A stretch of DNA of 64,000 nucleotides from an uncultured Clostridia bacterium (GCA_944393565.1 CALYAM010000001.1:58204-122203); one strand, 5' to 3'; shown: positions 21,161-32,627, counted from the stretch's first letter. The notes: generated from the sequence alone by a model not told the origin. Numbers and translations are program-made.

Positions 21161-22891
21161 GTGAAAAAACGCGAAATTTTCATAAAATTATTAAGTTCGA
21201 TTATTTTGATAATAATAGCATACACATATATATTACCAAGCATTTCACTAGGTGCTGATATAAAACAGGAGCTTAAAACAGGAATTGATAATTTCCCAGA
21301 TAGCTATCAAGAAAAATTAAAAAAATTGAAAGAATTACACCCTAACTGGAACTTTCAAGCATATTATACAGGAATTGACTGGAACGAATTGATTAAAAAT
21401 GAAACTGGTGAAGTATTACACAAAAGAAGTGTTGTTCCTTCAGATTCACCAGACTTATGGAAATGCAATATGTGTGAAGATGATAAAGGATGGACATGCG
21501 CTTCAAAAGAAATTGTAGAATATTTTATTGATCCAAGGAATTTTTTAAATGAAGTTAATATTTTTCAATTTGAAGAACTTTCATTTAACAAAGATATACA
21601 TACATCAGAAGGAGTGCAAATTGCGGTTAAAAATACATTTCTCGATAATTCTATTACATACTATGATGAGGAAAAAAAACAAAACGTGACAAGAACATAT
21701 ACTGACATAATAATGGAAGTTGCTCAAAAAACTAATATAAGCCCATTCCATATTAAATCAAAAATTATTCAGGAAGTAGGGGCACAGGGAAGTCCATCTG
21801 TTTCAGGGACATATCCGGGTTATGAAAACTACTACAACTTTTTTAATTATGGTTCACATGATACAGGAGATCCAATTGTAAATGGTTTAAGCTTTGCAAA
21901 AGAAAAAGGTTGGAATAATCCATATAAAGCAATATTAGGAGGAGCAGAGCTAATAGGAACAACATATGTAAATCAGGGGCAGAATACATCTTATTTTTTT
22001 AAATATGACGTTGTTGGAGATAAAATACTGAAAGTTAATGAAACTAGTACTATAAGTGATTCATCACTTTACGCACATCAATATATGACAAATATAATGG
22101 ATCCTTATAGTCAAAGTTCATCTGTTTATAATGCTTATGTTAAAAATGGAAATATTGATGCTACCTTAAATTTTATTATCCCAGTATATGAAAATATGGA
22201 GGAATGTTATAAAAAACCAACAAAATATACTATAAAAGATGGAGAACTGTATTATGCAGATATAATAAAAGAAACAGGAGCAAGGGATGATGTGAAATTT
22301 GATAGTCCAGTTGTGTATTCAATACAAAAAGATGAAATAGTAATTATGATAAATAGAAAATGCGTATTCTCAGATGGAATATATTGGGACTTAGTTATGT
22401 TAGAAAATGGTTGGAATGTATATGTAGAAAGTAGCGACATGAAGCCATACAGAAGTGATGAAATGGAAAAACAAGATGAAACAGTTATTATAGATGAAGA
22501 AAGAAATACAATTACAGTAACACCACCAGTAGAGATGAAAAAAGTTATAGACGAACTTAAAATATCAAATTATAGTATAATAGATTCATCTGGAAAGGAA
22601 GTTGCAGGAGATAATAAAAAAGTTTGTACTGGCTATAAATTAAATATTTTAAAAGAAGATAATAAAACATTAGAAAAAGAATATACATTAATAAAAGTAG
22701 GAGATGTAAATGGAGATGGTAATCTACTGGCTACTGATTCTTTGGCAATATTAAAACATAGTATTGATGAAAGAAAGTTAGAAGAAGTATACTTAGAGGC
22801 TGCGGATGTTAGAAAAGATGGAAAAATAAATTCTGTAGATGCTTTACTTGTTTTAAAATATAGTCTAGGGAAAGTAAGTATTAATATTTAA
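21161..22891 (+). CDS. Putative peptidoglycan hydrolase (glucosaminidase-like domain) with a C-terminal type-I dockerin
   Basis: GTG start with an AGGAGG RBS and an N-terminal TM/signal segment. C-terminal duplicated Ca-loop repeats GDVNGDGNLLATDSLAILKHSI and DVRKDGKINSVDALLVLKYSLGK. The central region is weakly GH73-like (…ISPFHIKSKIIQEVGAQGS); the catalytic assignment is tentative. Confidence 0.5.
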   Translation: MKKREIFIKLLSSIILIIIAYTYILPSISLGADIKQELKTGIDNFPDSYQEKLKKLKELHPNWNFQAYYTGIDWNELIKNETGEVLHKRSVVPSDSPDLWKCNMCEDDKGWTCASKEIVEYFIDPRNFLNEVNIFQFEELSFNKDIHTSEGVQIAVKNTFLDNSITYYDEEKKQNVTRTYTDIIMEVAQKTNISPFHIKSKIIQEVGAQGSPSVSGTYPGYENYYNFFNYGSHDTGDPIVNGLSFAKEKGWNNPYKAILGGAELIGTTYVNQGQNTSYFFKYDVVGDKILKVNETSTISDSSLYAHQYMTNIMDPYSQSSSVYNAYVKNGNIDATLNFIIPVYENMEECYKKPTKYTIKDGELYYADIIKETGARDDVKFDSPVVYSIQKDEIVIMINRKCVFSDGIYWDLVMLENGWNVYVESSDMKPYRSDEMEKQDETVIIDEERNTITVTPPVEMKKVIDELKISNYSIIDSSGKEVAGDNKKVCTGYKLNILKEDNKTLEKEYTLIKVGDVNGDGNLLATDSLAILKHSIDERKLEEVYLEAADVRKDGKINSVDALLVLKYSLGKVSINI

Positions 22892-22940
22892 GTAACATTA
22901 TATTCATCTAAATTGTATAAATAATAAAGAGGGAGGAAAA

Positions 22941-24182
22941 ATGTCTAATTTTAATAAAGTATCAATATTAATTATAATTTTTTTGTTTGCACTGTGCAGT
23001 ACAAATATTGTACAGGCAATGACGATAGTATTGGATCCAGGGCATGGTGGACAAGATCCAGGAACTGTTAATGGAAGTATATATGAAAAAGATATAAATT
23101 TAAAGATTGCAAAATATTTAAAAGAATACTTAGAAGAATATGAAGGTGTTGAAGTAATCCTTACACACAATGGTTTAAGTAGTGGGGAATTAACAATATT
23201 TGAAAGAGCGATAATTGCAAGAAACAAAAAAGCTGATTTATTGGTAAGTATACATATTAATAGTTCAGAAACTTCAGAAGGGGAAGGCGCAGAAGTATAT
23301 GTAAGTGCAAATACTTCACTAGAAAAATATAATAAGGAAACAACAGAACTTGCAAATAAAATATTAGAAAATTTATCTGCTATAGGAATTGCTAATAGGG
23401 GAGTTTTAACTAAATTAATTCCAACAGATACAACAGATGTCTATTCAGATGGAACAAGAGCAGACTATATGGGAATTATTAGATATGCAATGAGGGGAAC
23501 TATGATAGATGATGGAGTAGTTACTATATTGCAAAACGGAGAAAAAGTAGAAGTACCTGAAAGTACATCTGCAAATGTCCAAAATGGAGAGGGAATACCT
23601 ACAATTTTAGTAGAACATTGCTTTATAAAAGGAAATGATTATAAATATATTGATTCAGATGAAGATATTAAAAAATTAGCAAAAGCAGACTTAGATGCAA
23701 TAGTTAAACAATATGATTTAAAACTAAAAACAGATGAAAAAGAGCCAACAACTCCAACAGATCCAACAAAACCAGATGAAATAAGACAAACAGATATAGA
23801 AATAAATGAGAAAGATAAAATAATTAGAATAACACCTTCAATAACAGTAGAAAATTTAGAAGAGAGACTAGAGACAACTGAATATTTTATTATTGACTCA
23901 GAAGGAAAAATATTAGATAAGGAAAAAGAAATCTTAGCTACAGGTTATAAATTGAAAGTTGGAGATAATACATATACAATAATAAAAATGGGTGACGTTA
24001 CAGGAGATGGAAAAGCAATTGCGGTTGATGGACTTGCAATATTAAAGCATAAACTTAAAAAAATAGAACTGGAAGGAATATATTTAAAAGCAGCAGATAC
24101 AACAAATGACGGTGCAATAACATCCGCGGATGCATTAGCTGTGATAAAAGATAGCGTATCTAAATTAATGATCCACTTATAA
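22941..24182 (+). CDS. N-acetylmuramoyl-L-alanine amidase (Amidase_3 family) with a C-terminal type-I dockerin
   Basis: Signal peptide. Amidase_3 motif LDPGHGGQDPGTV with EVILTH…SIHINS. C-terminal GDVTGDGKAIAVDGLAILKHKL and DTTNDGAITSADALAVIKDSV. Confidence 0.7.
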   Translation: MSNFNKVSILIIIFLFALCSTNIVQAMTIVLDPGHGGQDPGTVNGSIYEKDINLKIAKYLKEYLEEYEGVEVILTHNGLSSGELTIFERAIIARNKKADLLVSIHINSSETSEGEGAEVYVSANTSLEKYNKETTELANKILENLSAIGIANRGVLTKLIPTDTTDVYSDGTRADYMGIIRYAMRGTMIDDGVVTILQNGEKVEVPESTSANVQNGEGIPTILVEHCFIKGNDYKYIDSDEDIKKLAKADLDAIVKQYDLKLKTDEKEPTTPTDPTKPDEIRQTDIEINEKDKIIRITPSITVENLEERLETTEYFIIDSEGKILDKEKEILATGYKLKVGDNTYTIIKMGDVTGDGKAIAVDGLAILKHKLKKIELEGIYLKAADTTNDGAITSADALAVIKDSVSKLMIHL

Positions 24183-24205
24183 ATACAAGTTTAATGGAGG
24201 TAAAT

Positions 24206-25639
24206 ATGAGAAAACATAATAGAGTAATATTATTCTTTTTGTTTGTTGCTTTAATTTTTCTTGGAACGACTAATTCATTTGGAGCATATAGTGCAGAAAG
24301 CAAAACTGTAAATTCTGGAGAGAGTTTTAGCGTAACTGTAACATCAAGCGATGCTTTAGAAGCATATAATTTAGATTTATCAGGTTACGAGGGGTTAACA
24401 TTTAATGGATGCTTAATTCCAGAAGGAGGAACACTATCAGATAAAAATGATAATGGAAGTATAGCTTATATTAATGTTTCGGGAACTACCAATACACTTG
24501 GAACTTACCAATTTAGTGCTCCAGAAGTCACAGAAGATACTACATATATAATTCAGTTTTTGGTAGATAAAGAAACACCTGTTACATCAAATATTACAGT
24601 AAAAGCAAACAGCGCTCCAACTGAAGAACCAATAGAAGAACCAATAGAAGAATCCACAGAAGAACCCACAGAAGAACCCACAGAAGAACCAACACAGGAA
24701 CAAAACCCTGATGTGCCAGAGACACCAGCAAAATCTAGCAATACCAATTTAAGAAATTTAGGAATAAGACCAAATGACTTTACAGGATTTAAACCATGGA
24801 TTACATCCTATACTGTAACAAATGTACCAAATGATGTTACTACAATTGAAGTATATGCGTATAAGAGTGAAGATGGTCAAACAATTTCTGGAACAGGGAA
24901 AAAATCATTAGATGAAGGAACAAACCGCTTTCCTGTCACTGTAACTGCTGAAGATGGAACGCAAAAAACGTATACAATTACGGTAATTAGATTAGCAAGT
25001 GAAGAGATAAATAATCCAGATGTAGAACAGGCACCAGAAGTTAAACCAGGATTAACTAGCTTATCTATTGATGGTATTACTTTAAATGAACCATTTAGTC
25101 CTGACAAACAAGAGTATACAGCTGTTTTAGAGAAAGATATTGAAAGTACGACAGTAAATGCAGTAGCTAATATAGAAGGTGCAGTTATTGAAATAGAAGG
25201 AGAAGATAATTTAAGCGGAGAAAATAGTATAATAACAGTAAAAGTAAAAAATACTGATGGAAGTGAAGAAAAAACATATACAATAAACATAACAAAAAAG
25301 ATACAAGAACCTCAAGAAAATGAAAATGAAAACAATATTGCAACCATTGTAGGAAGTTCTAATAACTCATCTGGAAAAGGAAAAATAGGAATGGAAAAAA
25401 TTTTGTTCTGCCTAGGAATTGCAATAATTGCTGCTTTAGGAGTTATATTTACAATAATTAAATATAAAAGAGATAATGGAGACTATGAAGAAATTAATAC
25501 AATAGATTATGTTGGAAATGTCAATCCGATAGAAGCAATTAAAGATGCAAGTAGTGCTACATCTAGGCTTTCTGAGGTAAATGAAGAGACTATTAAAGAA
25601 ACAGCTGGAATACCAAGAAAAAAAGGACGTCATTTTTAA
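24206..25639 (+). CDS. Membrane-anchored surface scaffold. It has a signal peptide, a putative cohesin-like beta-sandwich, an EEP(I/T) acidic linker, two cadherin-like beta-sandwich domains, a TM helix and a 70-aa cytoplasmic tail.
   Basis: The N-terminal module SFSVTVTSSDALEAYNLDLSGYEGLTF resembles cohesin strands. Repeats LTSLSIDGITLNEPFSPDKQEYTAV and NLRNLGIRPNDFTGFKPWITSYTV match the cadherin-like (LSxLxxxxGxLxPxF) pattern. TM ILFCLGIAIIAALGVIFTII. The cohesin call is inferential. Confidence 0.5.
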   Translation: MRKHNRVILFFLFVALIFLGTTNSFGAYSAESKTVNSGESFSVTVTSSDALEAYNLDLSGYEGLTFNGCLIPEGGTLSDKNDNGSIAYINVSGTTNTLGTYQFSAPEVTEDTTYIIQFLVDKETPVTSNITVKANSAPTEEPIEEPIEESTEEPTEEPTEEPTQEQNPDVPETPAKSSNTNLRNLGIRPNDFTGFKPWITSYTVTNVPNDVTTIEVYAYKSEDGQTISGTGKKSLDEGTNRFPVTVTAEDGTQKTYTITVIRLASEEINNPDVEQAPEVKPGLTSLSIDGITLNEPFSPDKQEYTAVLEKDIESTTVNAVANIEGAVIEIEGEDNLSGENSIITVKVKNTDGSEEKTYTINITKKIQEPQENENENNIATIVGSSNNSSGKGKIGMEKILFCLGIAIIAALGVIFTIIKYKRDNGDYEEINTIDYVGNVNPIEAIKDASSATSRLSEVNEETIKETAGIPRKKGRHF

Positions 25640-25680
25640 AAAATATATAGATAATATTGAAAAAACAAAAAAAACGATAT

Positions 25681-25706
25681 ATACTAGTATGTGTTCATAC
25701 TAGTAT
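25681..25706. repeat. Two copies of the self-palindromic decamer ATACTAGTAT separated by gtgttc
   Basis: atactagtat-gtgttc-atactagtat read directly from the sequence; located between a gene end and tRNA-Thr. Confidence 0.8.
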
Positions 25707-25710
25707 ATAT

Positions 25711-25786
<76 letters not shown>

Positions 25787-25812
25787 AACAAATAAAATAA
25801 AGGGGAAAATAT

Positions 25813-28203
25813 ATGAAGAAAGTAAAACTTTTTTATCTGGTTTTTATTATTACATTATTTCTAGTTCTTATATGCTTTATACCAAACCAAGTTTTTGCAA
25901 CTACCAACTATTTTAAAACATCAACTTATAAAATTACAGAGGCGAAAAATAAAGTATTATCAAACTTAGATGCAAGTAATGTAAGTGTTCAAAATGTACT
26001 TGCAAATGTGTCGATTAATTTTAATACAGACATGTATGAAATAAGAGCCTATAACAATGGTGCGGAATTAGCATTAGATAAATTAATCGGAACTGGAAGC
26101 ATGCTAAAAGTAATGCACAAAAACTATAATTACTCTGTTGATTCAATAACGATTATTTTATATGGAGATACAAATGGAGATGGAAGCATTTCAGCAACAG
26201 ATGCACTTGCGATAATAAAAAATAAAACAGGTAAAATAAAATTTGAAAATGAATATTTTTTAGAAGCAGGCAGAATTACAACTCTAACTAGACAAAAAAA
26301 CGATGTGCCATCGTCAGTTGATGCTTTGGCTATAATAAAAAACAAACTGGGAAAATTAAATATTAGTCAATTTAGAAATATACAAGTAAAAGTTTCATCA
26401 TATGATGATTTGTACACTCAACTTAAACAATGTAATACAAATATAGAATTTGACAAAACGGCAGATAACTATAATGAAATGATATCGAGCTATGAAAAAC
26501 TACAAAGGATTGTAAAAAAATATTGTACAAATGAAATGTCTCAAACTGTAAAAGCTCTCGTTTTACATGACTATTTGGCGGCTGGAAGTATTTTAAATAA
26601 TGACACAACATACTGTGATAATTCAAGCAAGGAAAGTCATATTTGCAATATAGATGGAACAATGAATCAACTCGGATTTGCAAATACATATACATGCCTT
26701 TTAGGAATTGCAGGGATACCTTCTGAAATAAAACGAGATAAATACGCAAATTACGCCAATAATGCAATAAATGAAGTAATAATAGATGGACAAATGTATT
26801 ATGTTTCATGCGGAGTTGATAGTTATCTTTCTAAGGTTGAAGGAAAGGGCAAACTAAGAAGATATTACTTTTTAAGGAATACTGAGCAATTAAAAGAAAC
26901 TTTTTGGGAAGGTGATATTTACTTTGGCTATACACCATCAACTAACAATACATCAACATCTACAAAATATTATGGAGTAAGATGGCCAGAATACAGATCA
27001 ACTTTAGATTACAAAAATAATGAAATTAAATTAGCAACAGGGAAAACGATAGTTCGAAGCATGAGTGAACTTAAAGATGCAGTTATTAATAAAAAGGATT
27101 ATATTATAGATGTGATAGATGCAAATACAGAATCATTGGCAGAAGTAGACCAATTTAGTAAAAAAGTAATAGAAAAATATATAACAAAAGATATGAGCGA
27201 AGCTGAAAAGGCACTTGCAATATATGATTTTGTATGTTCTAATTTTATGAGAAATGATCATATAGCATATAGGGAAAGAACTAATGTGTCAAATTCAGAT
27301 TATGATGTTGCATGGGGCTCGTATAAGACATCCCTATTATCTGGGATGGGTGATTGCATAGGAGCGACGAATTCTTTTAATACTTTATGTGCATATGCAG
27401 GACTAGAAACTAAAACAATAAATGAACATCAGGTAGATGCTATACATGGTATGGGCAATCATCATTGGAGCTTGGTAAAAATAGATAACCAATGGTATCA
27501 CTGCGACTGTGAAGGAAGCGATTATTATACATATGGACAAGTAGACAGAACATGGTTTTTGTATAGTGATAGAGCAATGGGAGCAACAAATAATACTGTT
27601 GAAGCATGTACTTCTACTAAATATGATGACTATGATTGGCCTGAATTTAAGGGAATAGCATATTATCAAGATAAAACAGACATTATAGATGAAAAAGTTC
27701 CAGCTACAAGTTTTTGGACATCAGAAAGAACAGAAGCAATTGTTGGGGATGAATTTGCAATAATGACAAGGATATTCCCATATGGTTCTACTGATAAACC
27801 TACATATAGTTCAAGTAACCCTAAAGTAGCAACAATAGATAATGAAGGAAATATTAGTGTATTATCAATAGGAACAACCACAATAAAAATAGATGTAAAT
27901 GGAATTTCAAAAACATTTACAATAAAAACAGGTTCAAGACCTAAAGATATAATTGCTAAAGATATGACTTTGAAAGTCGGGCAAACAAGCAAGATTAATT
28001 ATGAAGTAAATCCAAGTGATGCTCTATATACAAAAATTTATTGGTACAGTTCTAATGAAAACATTGTAACAGTGGACGAAGATGGAAATGTTACAGCTGT
28101 AGGAGAGGGAACTGCAAATATAAGATTAAGCTATACATATAGAATGGGAAACTCAACGTATTATTCTTCTGGTAAATCTGCTAAGATAACAGTAACTAAA
28201 TAA
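25813..28203 (+). CDS. Paralog of the 17799 protein: N-proximal dockerin, transglutaminase-like cysteine-protease core and a C-terminal Big_2 domain
   Basis: Dockerin repeat YGDTNGDGSISATDALAIIKNK with SSVDALAIIKNKLGK. Transglutaminase-like core GDCIGATNSFNTLC...GNHHWSLVKIDNQWYHCDCEG. Big_2 PTYSSSNPKVATIDNEGNISV. Long stretches are near-identical to 17799-20180 at the DNA level. Confidence 0.6.
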   Translation: MKKVKLFYLVFIITLFLVLICFIPNQVFATTNYFKTSTYKITEAKNKVLSNLDASNVSVQNVLANVSINFNTDMYEIRAYNNGAELALDKLIGTGSMLKVMHKNYNYSVDSITIILYGDTNGDGSISATDALAIIKNKTGKIKFENEYFLEAGRITTLTRQKNDVPSSVDALAIIKNKLGKLNISQFRNIQVKVSSYDDLYTQLKQCNTNIEFDKTADNYNEMISSYEKLQRIVKKYCTNEMSQTVKALVLHDYLAAGSILNNDTTYCDNSSKESHICNIDGTMNQLGFANTYTCLLGIAGIPSEIKRDKYANYANNAINEVIIDGQMYYVSCGVDSYLSKVEGKGKLRRYYFLRNTEQLKETFWEGDIYFGYTPSTNNTSTSTKYYGVRWPEYRSTLDYKNNEIKLATGKTIVRSMSELKDAVINKKDYIIDVIDANTESLAEVDQFSKKVIEKYITKDMSEAEKALAIYDFVCSNFMRNDHIAYRERTNVSNSDYDVAWGSYKTSLLSGMGDCIGATNSFNTLCAYAGLETKTINEHQVDAIHGMGNHHWSLVKIDNQWYHCDCEGSDYYTYGQVDRTWFLYSDRAMGATNNTVEACTSTKYDDYDWPEFKGIAYYQDKTDIIDEKVPATSFWTSERTEAIVGDEFAIMTRIFPYGSTDKPTYSSSNPKVATIDNEGNISVLSIGTTTIKIDVNGISKTFTIKTGSRPKDIIAKDMTLKVGQTSKINYEVNPSDALYTKIYWYSSNENIVTVDEDGNVTAVGEGTANIRLSYTYRMGNSTYYSSGKSAKITVTK

Positions 28204-28463
28204 TAACAAAAAAAGGGTGATTTTTAAAGAAACAATTTTACAAGAAATTAAGAAAATCACTCTTTTTTTGTTAGGTAAAAAATTGACCTTTATTAGTTGT
28301 TTACCAACATAAAGACATAATGGAATAGATTTAAAAGGATAAGATAAATTGCAAAAAAAATAAAAAATTAAACTATTATCTTGAAAAAAAAAGTATAAAG
28401 ATATAAAATCTTTAAAAGAAAGGAGGGGGTATACTGTATAAAAAAATAAGTAATATACAACTG

Positions 28464-30129
28464 TTGTCATACATTATGTTTATTGTTCCATTCTGGTATG
28501 GATTGTTTTACGAATATGCAGCATTTGCTACAGGAATTGTTTTTTTAATATTACTTTGTAAAACAATAATGCAAAATAAAAAAATAATTATAAAAAGTGG
28601 CAAAAATTTTTATATTTATTCTATATTGATATTTTCTTATTTGGCAACTACAATTTGGGCTATTGATAAAGAAATGGCAATAGAGGGTTTTTTGAAGTTT
28701 TTACCGGGAATTTTTTATTTTATATTGCTAATGCAGTTCGAAAAAGAAGAAAAACAAAAAATATTAAACATGATACCAATAAGTGGTGTTACGATGGTTT
28801 TAATATCTTATGTTTTAGGACAAATACCAATACTTAAAGCTCAATTTTTTTCAGACAATGGTAGATTAGTAGGTTTTTTCCAATATTCTAATAGCTTTGC
28901 ATTATTTTTATTAATAAGTATTGTTATAATAGCAAACAAGAAACAAAAATATTTAAAAGACAAAATAGCACTGTGCATTCTCACACTTGGAATTTTAACA
29001 ACAGGTAGTAGATTTACATTTATCCTTACAGTACTATTTGGAATTTACCAGATAATAAAAAATAGACAAAGCAAGAAAAAAATACTAATTGGTATATTCC
29101 TAGCAATAGTAACACTAATTGTATCCGCAATTTTACTTGAAATTACAGGTAATATTGATATATTTGAAAGACTATTCAAAATATCATTCGAAGAGAGCTC
29201 TGTAATAGGAAGAATAATATATTATTTAGATGGATTAAAAATAATATTAAAAAATCCATTTGGATTACGGTTACATGGGATATAGTTATTACTACCCAGA
29301 AATCCAAACAGCAGACTATGCTATAAAATTTGTACATAATGATTTTATACAACAAGCTATAGATGCAGGCATTATTTCGATGCTTATGCTAATATATTTA
29401 TTTGTAAGTAATATATTTTCTAAAAAAAGCACTAGCTATAAGAGAGAAATATTAATTATTATGCTATTACACATGCTATTAGAATTTGATATGCAATTTA
29501 TAGTAATTCACTTAATATTTGTTATGTTATTGGCAGATAAAGAAGAAAAAGCTTACTTCTTTAGTATAAAACAGGCAAAACTAACAATTGTATTACTAGT
29601 CATAATTCAAACAAGCATTTTTATGTATTTTGGTATAGGTTCTATTTTGGATAAATATGGAAACTACCAAACTGCTTTAGCCTTGATTCCAAACAAAACA
29701 AATCCAAAGATACAAAAATTAAAAAATATGGATAATTTAGCAGAAGCCTATGAAGTTGCAAATGAATTACTGAGAGATAACAAATATATTCTGACAGCAT
29801 ATAAAGCAAAAGCCAATTATGCATATTATACAGAGAATTGGGAACAAATGATAGAAAATCAAAAAAAAGTAATTAGTCTGGATAAATATAATATAGAAAA
29901 TTATGAAGAATACATTTTCATGATTAGCAATGGATTAGATAAAACAATAAAACAAAATCAAACTGAAAAAACGAAATATTTAACAAAAGAGGCCTTAGAA
30001 GTTCGTAATCTTTTAGAAAATGTAAAAAAAGCTACAAGTCCATTAGCTTATAAAATAATAGACAAGCCAGAATTGGAATTAAATGATGCAACTAAGAAAT
30101 ATTTGAATGTGTTAGAAAACTACGATTAA
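28464..30129 (+). pseudogene. Wzy_C / O-antigen-ligase-like polytopic membrane protein with a C-terminal TPR-like soluble domain, split by a frameshift near 29265
   Basis: The N-terminal ORF (8 or more TM helices) ends ...NPFGLRLHGI*. The second ORF begins in another frame, with a 26-nt overlap, right at the conserved HNDFIQQAIDAGII loop motif of Wzy_C/O-antigen ligases. Confidence 0.5.
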
Positions 30130-30146
30130 TAGATAGGGGGAATAGA

Positions 30147-32613
30147 ATGTTAAAAAACATTAAAATTATAATTGGTTTAATTCTTGTTATGCAAGTTGTA
30201 TTTACAGGAGTAATACCTGTTATAAGTAATGCAACAACGCAAAGCCTCATAACAGATGAAACTCTTTTAGCAACGATACATGATTATAATGGAGATAAAA
30301 TTATATCACAAAATGAACTAGACAAAGTAAGTTACCTCCAAATTTGGGAAGGAACGAAGGACCTAAGTGGTCTAGAAAATGCAAAAAACTTACGTAAAAT
30401 TTACTATGAATATGATGGCACGGCACTTGACTTTAGCAATATTAACCTAGATAAAGTAACTGATGTAATTATTTCAATATCAGATAATAATAAATTTGAT
30501 ATTGAGTTTTTAGACAAATTTCCAAGATTAAGAAAACTTGAAATAATATCAGATTATATTAGTAATGTAGATTTATCTAAACTTGCCAATTTCCAAAACA
30601 TAAAAAATCTTGAAATAAGAATTAATGATATTACTAATTTAAACGGAATAAACCAGTTAAAAAATCTAGAAGAACTATCAATAATAGCAAAGAGTAATGT
30701 AGACATAACTGAAATTGAAAAATTAAGTAAATTGGAAAAAGTATCATTTGATAATGTAAGACTTCAAAATGCAGAAGCTCTTGGGAAACTAATTAATTTA
30801 AAGGAAATTAGATTTTTCTCATGTACAGGAATATCTTCACCAAGTTATTTAAAGAATAATACAAATCTATGCAATTTAGACTTTTCACATTCTGATATAA
30901 CAGATATCTCTTTTGCAAAAGGCTTAAAAGAACTTGAAGAAATAGATTTAACTTCTACAAATGTAACAACAATAGAAGTATTAAAAGATTTGCCTAAATT
31001 GACTAGAGCAACTGTATTTGACTCTAAAGTTACAGAGGATCAAAGAGTTAATTTAATGGAATTTGAAGATTATACAGCATATGTTGGAGAAAGAAAAAAT
31101 ATAACTCCTATATTAGATGGAGTTATAGATAGGGAAAATTGGAATTATACATCCTCTGATGAAGATGTTGCCACAGTAAGTGAAGATGGAGCAGTACAAA
31201 CACTTAAAGTTGGAGAAGCTACAATAACAATGACAAATAAATTAACAAGTGATGTAAAAACAATGAAAATTACAGTAAAAGGAATTGAAAGTAATCCAGC
31301 TATAGGTGTTATGACAAATGCAATTCAGATAAGTGATAATTTAGTATTAAAGGAAAATGGAGAACTGTGGAAAATACATATAGATGAAGGAAAATCTGAA
31401 AGAGTAGATACTAATGTTGATAAATGTATAAGTGAATTTATATATAACGCAGATAGTTACCCTGTTCCATATACATTAAAATTAAAAGCTAATGGTACTG
31501 GTGTGCTTGAATTTAATGGAGTAACAAGTAAAATAGAAAATGTAAAAGATATCTGCAGGAAAGGCTACTTAAGTACAGATGGAATCTATTATGAACTTTT
31601 ATTTGACGGCACATGGTTAGAAGTAACAGACAACGTTAAAAAAATAGTTGACTGGTATTTAGTTAAAAACGACGGAAAGACATATGACACTTATGGACAG
31701 TTAGCGTGCAATTTTGAAATAATTGCAGCATCAGGAACTACTGTTGTAGATGAAAATAAAACTGTTTGGAAAAAGAGCTCAAGCACAGTAACTTCTTACA
31801 AATGGGAAAAAATTGGAGAAAACTTTAAACGCTATACAGACGGAACAGAAAATTCATATTCCACTTCATACGAAACAAATGATGGAAAGATTATGAATGT
31901 ATTTGGTAATGAAGTTCAGTACCAAAAAGAAGTATACTGTGAATCAAATAAATTAAGGCTTGATAAAAACAAAAATGCATTATTAAATGATACAATTATT
32001 TTAGATGCTGTAACTTCTATGTATGTAATAGATTCAAATAATATTGTATTTATAAGAAACGATGGAAGTGCATGGGTTTTGCAATTAGAAGGAAAGGCTA
32101 AATTAGAAAAAATAGAAGAACAAACCGGGAAAGTATTTTTCACAAGTGATAAGCTAAAAACAAAAGTAATAGCTTTAGATGAACATGAAGGTGATATAGT
32201 TATAGGAGAAGCACTAATTCGGATTTGATATAAACAATCTAGAAATATCAAATATTATACAGGAATTTAAAGAAGACTATACAGTAAAAGTATATTCTAA
32301 TGGCAAAGAATTACCAGATGATGATAATTTGGCAACAGGAGATGTAATTAGATTATATAATGATGACAATAAGCCTATAAAAGAATATATCGCATTAGTG
32401 TATGGAGATGTAACAAGTTCTGGAAATCCAGGCGCAAAAGATGCTCTAGCTATAGTAAAGAATAGAACAGGCAAAGTTGTAATAGAAAATGCATTAAACT
32501 TAGAAGCTGCAAGAGTAACAGAAATCACAAGAAAAACAGTAGGAGAACCTACATCTTCAGATTCACTCGCAATTATAAAATCAAAGCTTGGAAAATATAC
32601 AATTAATTTATAA
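30147..32613 (+). pseudogene. Secreted LRR (internalin-like) protein with a Big_2 domain, a beta-rich region and a C-terminal dockerin, interrupted by a frameshift at about 32213
   Basis: A 693-aa ORF ends ...GEALIRI*. In another frame an ORF with no start codon continues FGFDINNLEI...VYGDVTSSGNPGAKDALAIVKNRTGK...SSDSLAIIKSKLGK (dockerin). The whole is collinear with the intact paralog at 32628-35054. Confidence 0.55.
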
Positions 32614-32627
32614 GGAGGAAGTATAAA

